A stretch of DNA of 64,000 bases from a virus: the IMG/VR virus record IMGVR_UViG_3300032053_011398. One strand, written 5' to 3'. Shown here in pieces: positions 9,918-17,070 of the stretch. The notes beneath the pieces were generated by a model that was not told where the DNA came from, ran no database searches, and saw nothing but the letters and a program-made list of their open reading frames with translations. Numbering within the stretch: the stretch's first letter is position 1; each line of letters starts with the position of its first letter. The translations under genes were made by a program, and so were the position numbers.

Positions 9918-9958
9918 AAGTCTGGCACACGGTTAAAATGTGTGCTCTTTGTTGAAAT

Positions 9959-10032
9959 TGGCTGCCGAAGAAGGAGTTGCACCCTCACGAACTGGTTCAG
10001 AGCCAGCCATGCTGCTGTTACATCATTCGGCA
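9959..10032 (-). tRNA. tRNA-Gln(CTG)
   Basis: Cloverleaf, loop ctCTGaa, encoded CCA. Confidence 0.85.
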
Positions 10033-10056
10033 AAGATAAAAGCCGGATACACGAGC

Positions 10057-10512
10057 CTACCGGCATTCCACTGACTCTGCTCGTAGAGCTGCAACGATTG
10101 CTCGTTGCACGGTGGGATCAACCGACCATTCGAGCACGATCTGAGAGAACGTGATCGGCTGATCCCGCCGCCCAAGAATTATGGCGTCCTTGGTGACGGT
10201 GGTGTTTTCCGCTGTAAACGATTTGTGACGGCCACGCAAGCTTAGCTTGCGGCAGTTGGGATACGATGTGTTAAACAAAACGTATCCATTCTTGACGCGA
10301 AAACCCTTTGAGGAAACAGCGTAAGACCGCCAGTGCTCACCTCCGCCGTTGTCAAAATGGAAGACGATGAAATCACCGGCCCGCAAAAAACGGGTGTTCC
10401 TGACCATCATTCCCATAAACACGTGCTCGTGCTTGCATGGGAAATTATCCAACGCATAGCCCAACGTCCGATCCAATTGCTGCTCCGGCGTCAAATAGGT
10501 TTTCTGTCTCAC
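10057..10512 (-). CDS. Hypothetical protein
   Basis: 151-aa ORF. Confidence 0.55.
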   Translation of the reverse strand: MRQKTYLTPEQQLDRTLGYALDNFPCKHEHVFMGMMVRNTRFLRAGDFIVFHFDNGGGEHWRSYAVSSKGFRVKNGYVLFNTSYPNCRKLSLRGRHKSFTAENTTVTKDAIILGRRDQPITFSQIVLEWSVDPTVQRAIVAALRAESVECR

Positions 10513-10513
10513 A

Positions 10514-10550
10514 ATTAAAGAGTGCGGGCCGCTAGCACGCGACCCGCACC
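10514..10550 (-). terminator. Putative terminator closing the permuted tRNA-like RNA
   Basis: GTGCGGG/CCCGCAC stem then TCTTTAATT. Confidence 0.5.
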
Positions 10551-10574
10551 AGTTTTCAACGAAGCCTTTTAGCT

Positions 10575-10845
10575 TTGGCCGTCAGTAAACCCGGTGTCGT
10601 CAGCCTAATTCTGATGCTCTACCCCTGAGCTACAGGGCAGTGATTGGACTAACGAAATGCACTGCGAAATTGGCTGCCCCGGTGGGATTTGAACCCACGA
10701 CCTCAGTTTAATTGGACACCGCCTACTCACGACCCTTTCGTTGGTGGATGAGCCTTCGGGTAATAACCTAAGCCGTTAGCCTGAACTTTGAGCATTACCC
10801 TGAGCCTGGACAAGGCTTTCGCTTGCGCTACTCGCCCTACCCGAA
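10575..10845 (-). ncRNA. Permuted tRNA-mimic ncRNA (T-arm, acceptor 3' strand with CCA, spacer, acceptor 5' strand, D-arm) on a long closing helix, preceded by short AGGCT-like repeats
   Basis: GTGGG-TTCAAAT-CCCAC-CGGGGCA-G-CCA (~10706-10671) precedes TGCCCTG-TA-GCTC-AGGGGTA-GAGC (10639-10616); flanks pair CTGA/TCAG, CGGTGTC/GACACCG, GGTCGT/ACGGCC. Confidence 0.75.
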
Positions 10846-10849
10846 ATCG

Positions 10850-11611
10850 TTAAATCTTGCCGTCGAACACGAAGCTCAGAACCTTGTTGCCCAGCTTCTT
10901 GTTGTGATCGACCTCTGCGTCGTTCGCACGGGAACGCGCACGCTTGAATGCCCGAACGAGCATTTCAGCCCGGTCCAGCATTTCCGCCTTGTGGGCGACG
11001 GTGATGAGGCTCGTCCATTCCTGCTCGGCCACGGTGCCGATGGGGACATCGACGTTCATCAGGTCAGCCTGTCCGGGGTGCTCCTTGGTCGGAGCAAACT
11101 TGACCACGATCTTCACGTCCTTCTTGGTGCGGGTCTTGGTCACGTCGCGGGCCTTGAAGTAGCCCTCGCCGCGCTGCGTGTCAGGCTGGAAGCCCTTGGC
11201 CGGATCGAGCGTGGGAATCGCCGCCACAAGCTGCTGAATCTCAGCGGCCCGCTTCTCCAGCTCCAGGAGGGCCGTGACGGGCACGCCCATCAGGAGCACG
11301 GTGCCAGCGTCGTCTTCGAGGATCACGTCGGCGCGGGCCTTGGTGTTCGTCTCGGCGACCTGGTAACTGGCGTCGAGCGCCTTCTGGAGCTTTTCCTTGA
11401 TCCAGTCCAGCTCTTTGTGGACGGTGGTCTGGATGTCGCAGATGACCTTGGTGCTCGCCTGCTCGGTTTCCACGCAGGGCGTGAAGACCTCTTTCTTTTC
11501 CTCGAAGTGATGGCGCTTCTTCGTGAAGGTTTCCACCAGATCGGTGCGGCATTTCGTGGCCTGGTTCTCCAGGTTCGTCTCCGCCGCAAGGAGTTCATGT
11601 AGTTTTGTCAT
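10850..11611 (-). CDS. Conserved hypothetical protein (recalled as DUF7873-like; unverified) directly upstream of the permuted RNA
   Basis: MTKLHELLA, ARADV, VPVTALLELEK, RTKK, PTKEHPGQ, KRARSRAN; start MTK chosen from an SD-like GAAAGG. Confidence 0.75.
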   Translation of the reverse strand: MTKLHELLAAETNLENQATKCRTDLVETFTKKRHHFEEKKEVFTPCVETEQASTKVICDIQTTVHKELDWIKEKLQKALDASYQVAETNTKARADVILEDDAGTVLLMGVPVTALLELEKRAAEIQQLVAAIPTLDPAKGFQPDTQRGEGYFKARDVTKTRTKKDVKIVVKFAPTKEHPGQADLMNVDVPIGTVAEQEWTSLITVAHKAEMLDRAEMLVRAFKRARSRANDAEVDHNKKLGNKVLSFVFDGKI

Positions 11612-11709
11612 TGTCGTCTTGCCTTTCTCCCGCACTAACCACAGAAGAACGTAACGGATCGGCCAGACCCATGCAATATAATTCGTAAACTATTTTACGT
11701 TCATCAAAA

Positions 11710-11784
11710 TGGCTCCCCCGGCAGGTTCCGCCCCTGCAACCGTCTGCTTCAAAGGCAGCCGCGCCACTGTTACGCCACGGGGGA
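11710..11784 (-). tRNA. tRNA-Gln(TTG)
   Basis: Loop ctTTGaa, CCA. Confidence 0.8.
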
Positions 11785-11790
11785 ATAAAT

Positions 11791-11866
11791 TGGTGCCCCC
11801 GCCCGGAATCTCACCGGGAACCCTCCGGTTAAAGGCCGGATGCTCTGGACGTTGAGCTACGGAGGC
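11791..11866 (-). tRNA. tRNA-Lys(TTT), C33 variant
   Basis: Loop ccTTTaa, CCA. Confidence 0.8.
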
Positions 11867-11870
11867 GAAA

Positions 11871-11955
11871 TGGTGCCAGCCGGGGGACTTGCACCCCCAA
11901 GGCTCACAGGCTCTCGACCTGTGGGGTCTGCTAATTCCCGCTTAACCAGGCTGGC
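11871..11955 (-). tRNA. tRNA-Leu(GAG), atypical (large D-loop, no long variable arm)
   Basis: Loop tcGAGag, A73-CCA. Confidence 0.7.
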
Positions 11956-12472
11956 GTCTTCCGCAACGATATGCAACTTGCGGAATTTCACTTTCAAAAT
12001 GGGCACCCGAAAGATTTGGCAGTAAGACCTCAAAGCGTTTGGTCTGCGGCGGCACCGGAGGTTTTTCCGGGTTGTTGGCTTCGTAGCGGTCAACAGCCTC
12101 CTTGGCGATTTGTTCCAGCTCGGCGCACGTCTTCTTCAGCTCCTCGATTTCGGCTTCCAGCTCGGATCGGCTTTTCTTCTTTTCGGCTTTGAGTTTTGCC
12201 CTGTCCGGCACCACCGCTGTCACGTCCCATAGCGCGGCGGTGAAGCCGGTGATGCTACAAATGCGCTCACCAACAACTTCGATCACACCCATTTTCTCCA
12301 GTTCGGAAGGGCGATTTCGCACGCTGTCGATCTGGTATTGGGGCATCTTTTGCGCGATTTCACCAGCCGTGAGCGGCCCGCCATTGTAGATGTGGTTGTA
12401 AACTTCTAGTTGTATGCCGCCCAGGATGCCCTGAATTTTGGCGAAAGCTTCGGCACTGGTCTTGCGTGTCAT
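11942..12472 (-). CDS. Winged-HTH plus coiled-coil hypothetical protein
   Basis: PLTAGEIA...SVRNRPSELEKMGVI; CGTTCT 7 nt upstream. Confidence 0.7.
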   Translation of the reverse strand: MTRKTSAEAFAKIQGILGGIQLEVYNHIYNGGPLTAGEIAQKMPQYQIDSVRNRPSELEKMGVIEVVGERICSITGFTAALWDVTAVVPDRAKLKAEKKKSRSELEAEIEELKKTCAELEQIAKEAVDRYEANNPEKPPVPPQTKRFEVLLPNLSGAHFESEIPQVAYRCGRRQPG

Positions 12473-12485
12473 GCCCGATAGAACG

Positions 12486-12560
12486 TGGTTGGCCCGACCG
12501 GTAACGACCCGGTGACCTGACGATTATGAGTCGCCTGCTCTACGTCTGAGCTACGGGCCA
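12486..12560 (-). tRNA. tRNA with CAT anticodon (probably Ile2, possibly Met)
   Basis: Loop ctCATaa, GGCCC-type acceptor. Confidence 0.75.
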
Positions 12561-12571
12561 ATCGCTAAATA

Positions 12572-12661
12572 TGGCGGAAGGCGGAGGGCATCATCCTCAC
12601 CCCAGTTAAGGGGCCATCGGTTTAGCAAACCGTGACGGCCAAGCCAGCCGCTTCACCTTCC
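12572..12661 (-). tRNA. tRNA-Ser(GCT)
   Basis: Loop ttGCTaa, long variable arm, G73-CCA. Confidence 0.8.
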
Positions 12662-12722
12662 GAAATCCCAATTACTAATTCGGTATAAATTGGTAGCAAA
12701 TTAGTAATTGCGCCCCAAGGCG

Positions 12723-13283
12723 CTAGTTGGTGCCGCCGGTTTTGACGGTGCCTTCCTCGCCGCCAAAATCCACTGTGCCTGGCCCAGACTTGCTGATCTG
12801 AAATCCATCGAACCTGGCCTCGCCCTTCTTCATATCCGTGGTGTCCCAGTGGGGCACCAGGCGATAGCCGGACATGGCGTAGAGCACGCCGTTGAGCAGA
12901 TCGAGGGCGCTAAGCGTAAATTGGTTACCACTGCCCGTCTGGATAGCCCCAGGCAGGATCGTGCCACTTTGAGCCATCTGCTCGTTAGTTTGGACGCGGT
13001 TGTTGATGAGCAGCCACATGCCGACCGGATCACGTTGAACGGCATCATTGAGCACGGCCTCGGCCAGCTCGATGTCCGTCTCCAGGAAGCGCACCACCCC
13101 AGTCTCGGCGACCTGGAGGCGATAGACCTCACTGCCATCAACAATGCAGATGACCCGGCTGCCTAAGAGCACCTTATCGGCTTTGATGCCCAAGGCATCG
13201 GCAATTTGGTTCCGGGTTTCATCGGTGACGGGCGCGAATTTTTTGGCCTCAATGACCTCAGCGATTCTTTCTTTATCCAACAT
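12723..13283 (-). CDS. Hypothetical protein (likely start MLDKE) downstream of the second permuted RNA
   Basis: The longer predicted start overlaps the RNA helix. Confidence 0.65.
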   Translation of the reverse strand: MLDKERIAEVIEAKKFAPVTDETRNQIADALGIKADKVLLGSRVICIVDGSEVYRLQVAETGVVRFLETDIELAEAVLNDAVQRDPVGMWLLINNRVQTNEQMAQSGTILPGAIQTGSGNQFTLSALDLLNGVLYAMSGYRLVPHWDTTDMKKGEARFDGFQISKSGPGTVDFGGEEGTVKTGGTN

Positions 13284-13342
13284 AAGCTTGTAGTTTTTCC
13301 AATGGTTCTCGATGCGCGAGCAATTCATACTGACCGCAAACT

Positions 13343-13495
13343 GATGCGCGACAAGCGCGGGCAAGGGTTTGCGCCAAAGACCCCCTTCAGGGAGACCGCT
13401 GCTCTACCAGGCTGAGATACGTGCCCTTTCAAGGCTGGATTTGAACCAGCGACCAACGGTTCTCAGACGCATTTAACCCGCGCATGTCGCGCACC
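13343..13495 (-). ncRNA. Second permuted tRNA-mimic (YrlA/Y-RNA-like) with a closed acceptor region
   Basis: GCTGG-TTCAAAT-CCAGC, then a short linker/hairpin, then D-arm-like TCTC-AGCCTGGTA-GAGC; terminal helix GGTGCGCGACA-T-GCGCGGG / CCCGCGC-T-TGTCGCGCATC. Confidence 0.7.
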
Positions 13496-13594
13496 AAAAA
13501 GGATGAGCATCGGTGCTGAGAATGAAAGACTGCCCTGCCCCGCACTGACCACAGGCTTTTGAACAGAACGACTTTGCAGCACCGGTGCCCAAGA

Positions 13595-14026
13595 TGGTGG
13601 AGCTGGCGGGGAGTTGAACCCCGCGTCTTTGACATGATCCGACGCACATCCACATGCTTCTTCCGGTCAAACCGATTGCAACAGATTAGGCAGGCCCATG
13701 ACCGGATAAACTCTGGCCTGTGCTGCATTTTGCTGAACCTTTATTAAACAGGGCTTCAGAACCCCTGTTTTACCTGCTGGTTACGCCCACACCCCGTAGC
13801 AGGTGTCAAAGGGTGGACGGTCTGGCGCATTAGGCCAGAACAGGTTCGGCATAGCCCGTGCGAGCCAGAACTTCGTCAGGGTTGGCGAAGATCGCAGCAA
13901 CCTGGGCCAGCAAACCGTCTTCATTGCTTTTGGCAGATGATTTTTGATGGAGAGATTATCGTGGCCGACCATCATCCACGGCATGTCGTAACGGCTTCAC
14001 GTATCAAATCGAAGCCCGGCAGCCCC
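13595..14026 (-). ncRNA. ssrA: tmRNA, tag (A)AKSNEDGLLAQVAAIFANPDEVLARTGYAEPVLA*
   Basis: 5' GGGGCTG, 3' GACGCGGGGTTCAACTCCCCGCCAGCTCCACCA with G3-U70; tag ORF 13934-13830. Confidence 0.92.
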
Positions 14027-14028
14027 AA

Positions 14029-14042
14029 ATTTTCAAAGATCA
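14029..14042 (-). promoter_or_regulatory. boxA-like element TGATCTTTGAAAA just upstream of tmRNA
   Basis: Resembles the rrn boxA consensus. Confidence 0.45.
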
Positions 14043-14045
14043 AAA

Positions 14046-14144
14046 TGGCTAAAGTGTTCCGCCGCCCATGGTGGGGCGGCGGAAGGGGAGAACCGGATTC
14101 GGTTCGCCGTCCACCAGTCGGTCATGCGGGCCGACACGCCCCTA
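14046..14144 (-). ncRNA. Unknown multi-hairpin RNA ending in CCA
   Basis: Three GC-rich hairpins, CCA plus T-rich trailer like neighbouring tRNAs. Confidence 0.4.
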
Positions 14145-14147
14145 AAT

Positions 14148-14226
14148 TGGCGTCAGCCGGTCTGTTTTCACACGCCAGGGGGTTTTCGAGTGGCATCCTG
14201 ACTGTGCTGCCATCATTCCGGCTGAC
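14148..14226 (-). ncRNA. Unknown RNA with a 9-bp acceptor-like stem and G-CCA end
   Basis: GTCAGCCGG...CCGGCTGAC-G-CCA-ATTT. Confidence 0.5.
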
Positions 14227-14240
14227 ATTAAATCAAAAAT

Positions 14241-14317
14241 TGGTTGCGGGGGCTGGATTTGAACCAGCGGCCTTCAGGTTATGGGCCTGATGAGCTACCA
14301 GGCTGCTCCACCCCGCG
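14241..14317 (-). tRNA. tRNA-fMet(CAT)
   Basis: C1xA72 mismatch, CGCGGGG, canonical TTCAAAT T-loop. Confidence 0.92.
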
Positions 14318-14412
14318 ATCCAGTTCAAAGAACGGTTATTTAAACTACGCAGCCACTTTACAACGGCACCCAGGGGGAGTCAACAACTTTGTAAACTTTT
14401 CTGCGTAAAAAT

Positions 14413-14496
14413 TGGTCGGCAGGAGGAGACTTGCACTCCCAAGGCTCAGCGTGTTTGAGGCGCTGGGGTCTGCTATTCCCTCTAAACCACCTGCCG
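14413..14496 (-). tRNA. tRNA-Leu(CAA), atypical
   Basis: Loop ctCAAac, large D-loop, short variable region. Confidence 0.72.
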
Positions 14497-14512
14497 AAAT
14501 AGCGCACGCCCC

Positions 14513-14588
14513 GTCGCGGTCAGCGGGACTCGCACCCGCAACTTCTGGTTTCTGAAACCAGCGACTCTGCTGATTGGCCTATCCCGGC
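14513..14588 (-). pseudogene. Degenerate tRNA-Leu(CAG)
   Basis: D, anticodon (ttCAGaa) and T arms present; acceptor 3' strand does not pair and there is no CCA. Confidence 0.6.
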
Positions 14589-14592
14589 AAAT

Positions 14593-14670
14593 TGGTAGCG
14601 GCGACAGGATTTGCACCTGCACTGTCTTCGCTCTAAACGAAGTGCCTCCTGCTGGTTGGGCTACGCCGCC
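14593..14670 (-). tRNA. tRNA-Leu(TAG), short variable loop
   Basis: Loop ttTAGag, A73-CCA. Confidence 0.78.
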
Positions 14671-14677
14671 GTCTAAA

Positions 14678-14761
14678 TGGTGCCAAGCCAGGGACTTGCA
14701 CCCTGAAGGCTCCGACGTTTTAAGGATCGGGGGTCTGCTATTCCCGCTTAACCAGCCTGGC
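14678..14761 (-). tRNA. tRNA-Leu(TAA), atypical
   Basis: Loop ctTAAaa, weak anticodon stem, large D-loop. Confidence 0.65.
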
Positions 14762-14892
14762 TACACTGCGGGCCAGACGACGACCCTTGACGAACCGATT
14801 GTCGTCCAGGTTGTGCGCCTGCCAAGATGAGCTTCCCGCATTTTGGCCTTCGTTTCTTCGGAGTGCTGTCGGCCTATCCACCACTTTGGCAT
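14761..14892 (-). CDS. 43-aa NUMOD3-motif mini-protein or homing endonuclease remnant
   Basis: MPKWWIGRQHSEETKAKMREAHLGRR...; too short for the supplied ORF track. Confidence 0.55.
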   Translation of the reverse strand: MPKWWIGRQHSEETKAKMREAHLGRRTTWTTIGSSRVVVWPAV

Positions 14893-14935
14893 AAACTTCC
14901 GTCAATAGTGAGCCACTGCTTCACACTGTAGATAC

Positions 14936-15011
14936 TGGTGCCCCAGGGGAGACTCCCACTCCCAACCAGCGGTTCCGAGGACCGCCGCGCTGATAATTGC
15001 GCCACTGAGGC
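14936..15011 (-). tRNA. tRNA-Arg(TCG)
   Basis: Loop ccTCGga, CCA. Confidence 0.78.
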
Positions 15012-15031
15012 GAAAGTGTTCTTAAGTAGGC

Positions 15032-15679
15032 ATGAGCAAAGAGAATCTTGAATGGGTCATGGAGCAGGCCAAACCTGCTGACCTTGAAATCGCTCACGAA
15101 GCCTGGTTCCGCTACCGGGAAATCGTAGGAAGAGTTGCCCAAAAACATGGATATTCGCTAGAAGTGGGCGTCGGCGTCTTCTCCTCTTTAAGTCCAAATT
15201 CGGATTACCTGGGCAATCTCCGGGACACGGTCCGGCTCCTGGCCGCAGCGCACGCGGGCGACCCCATCGAGAGCTTCCCGGTCTCAACCTACGGAAACAA
15301 CAAGCGGAAAGCCTGGCGGATCGCCCACGGCGAAAATCCGCTCGATTTGATCGTCTCCCCCAAAACCCGCAACTTCTTCCTGAACATCATCGACCCTGCC
15401 GATCCCGGCCCGGTGACCGTGGACGGGCACATCTTCAATGCCTGGACAGGGGTGCGCCTCCCGCTGGTTTCAGCCGCGCAGAAACTCCGGGCGGGTTTCT
15501 ACGACGACGTAGCTCAGGACATCCGGCAGATCGGGGCCGAACGCCGGTTGATTCCCAACATCGTTCAGGGCATCATCTGGTATTCGTGGAAGCGGCTGCA
15601 TAGGATCAAGCGCAGCGATCAGCTTGAGTTCTGGAAACCGGACTTTACGGCGGCGGCGCTGGGCTACGAACGAGAGTAA
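15032..15679 (+). CDS. Conserved phage protein, HhH-GPD glycosylase-like (recalled as DUF7178-like)
   Basis: WF...SSLSP...PKTRNF...VTVDGH...VQGIIW. Confidence 0.6.
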   Translation: MSKENLEWVMEQAKPADLEIAHEAWFRYREIVGRVAQKHGYSLEVGVGVFSSLSPNSDYLGNLRDTVRLLAAAHAGDPIESFPVSTYGNNKRKAWRIAHGENPLDLIVSPKTRNFFLNIIDPADPGPVTVDGHIFNAWTGVRLPLVSAAQKLRAGFYDDVAQDIRQIGAERRLIPNIVQGIIWYSWKRLHRIKRSDQLEFWKPDFTAAALGYERE

Positions 15680-15750
15680 CTAGAAATATGAGTGATTTGA
15701 ACAAACCTAATCCATCCCTCTGAGCCTGGAGCAGAACAATAAAAACAAAT

Positions 15751-16506
15751 ATGGCTGAACCTCAAACTACACTAATCACTGTTTTTCACAATGGAATTCA
15801 TGCTCTTAAACTGCTGTGGAGGAGCTTTTCTAACGCTAACCCCGAACCCGCGCTATTTTGGTGCTACGACAATGCCAGCAACGACGGATCAGGATACTAC
15901 GCTAAATCTGTTTCCAACTATACGTTCAGGTCTTGCTGTAACTATGGCCACGGACGGGGCTTAGACACGCTATGTGCTAAGGTCCGCACGCCTTACACGC
16001 TCATCGCTGACGTTGATGTCGAATTTCTTCAACCAGCCACAGCAAGAATGATCGCAGAACTAAAAGGAACACCGTCAGCTCTCTGCACGGCTTATCCATC
16101 ACTGAAAGAGGAATGTGTTGTCGTCAATAATTACTTAGGATCAAATTTATCTGGACAAAAGCGCATAAACCCTTGCTGCGCTATGTTTGACACGCTCAAG
16201 CTGCAACAGGTACTAAAATACTTCAGTTTCGGAGTTTATGGGGGACCGGGTAAGTTTTACGACGTTGGAGCTATGATATACACGGCCAGTTTAGCGTGCA
16301 ATCTATCTGTCCTAGAACCAACCTGGATCAGGCAAGCGGTGCGGCACTACGGCGGCATCGGCGGCTATGTCTCCGGCGCATTTCCTAAAGACAGCCCAAA
16401 GTTCATAGCATCACAAAAAGCGTATAGCCTCATAGAGCAACGAGCAGCGAGCTACGCTGAACCCGGTCGAAAATTGAACGAGGCTATTTTTGAACTAGAA
16501 GCATAG
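15751..16506 (+). CDS. GT2-like glycosyltransferase
   Basis: YDNASNDGS, NYGHGRGLD, ADVDV. Confidence 0.8.
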   Translation: MAEPQTTLITVFHNGIHALKLLWRSFSNANPEPALFWCYDNASNDGSGYYAKSVSNYTFRSCCNYGHGRGLDTLCAKVRTPYTLIADVDVEFLQPATARMIAELKGTPSALCTAYPSLKEECVVVNNYLGSNLSGQKRINPCCAMFDTLKLQQVLKYFSFGVYGGPGKFYDVGAMIYTASLACNLSVLEPTWIRQAVRHYGGIGGYVSGAFPKDSPKFIASQKAYSLIEQRAASYAEPGRKLNEAIFELEA

Positions 16507-16510
16507 AACT

Positions 16511-17008
16511 ATGGACTTAAACAAAATACCCAGTGCGTGGAAAAACTTAGACAACTTCGCTTTCTGGTTAGTAGCCGCTTTCAAACCTGACGTTATTGTC
16601 GATTTGGGGGTTGACCACGGCTATTCAACGATAGTCCTGGCCATGCCGGGCATAGGCACTGTTTACGGCATAGACGCGGTGATGTGCCGTGCCGAGCCTT
16701 TCATAGCAGAAGCCAACCTTAAAAACATCATTCTGATTAAAGGAGACTTTTCCACTTTAGCTTCAACTTGGGCGCAGCCAATAGACATCCTGCACATTGA
16801 CGGCAACCACGATTATGAAAGCGTGCAGAGAGACTTCACCGTCTGGTCCCCTTTCGTTAGAAAGGGCGGAATCATTCTCTTACACGACACAATATCGTTC
16901 CCTGATGGACCAGGACGTGTTTTTTCGGACGTAACTTGGCCAAAATTCAACATCGACAAGACGCGGCAGCAAACATGCGGACTCGGAGTTATTCTTAAAA
17001 CGCAGTAG
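16511..17008 (+). CDS. SAM methyltransferase (Methyltransf_24-like)
   Basis: VDLGVDHGYS, IDILHIDGNHDYESV, GGIILLHD. Confidence 0.85.
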   Translation: MDLNKIPSAWKNLDNFAFWLVAAFKPDVIVDLGVDHGYSTIVLAMPGIGTVYGIDAVMCRAEPFIAEANLKNIILIKGDFSTLASTWAQPIDILHIDGNHDYESVQRDFTVWSPFVRKGGIILLHDTISFPDGPGRVFSDVTWPKFNIDKTRQQTCGLGVILKTQ

Positions 17009-17070
17009 TCGCCAGCAGTCAGAGCGTGAAGGACCGAACAGGTTCAGGCAAAAATCTCTGAAACACATGC

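Noticed and set aside
10605-10712. Permuted RNA as a spliced ochre-suppressor tRNA (both halves share AATTA, which would give anticodon TTA)
   Set aside because: The joined arm would have only 4 bp and A32/A33, there is no splicing signal, and TAA is used as a normal stop throughout the window
10575-10845. Two-piece tmRNA
   Set aside because: No G3-U70 Ala identity, it has a full D-arm, no tag ORF is evident, and a one-piece tmRNA is present at 13595-14026
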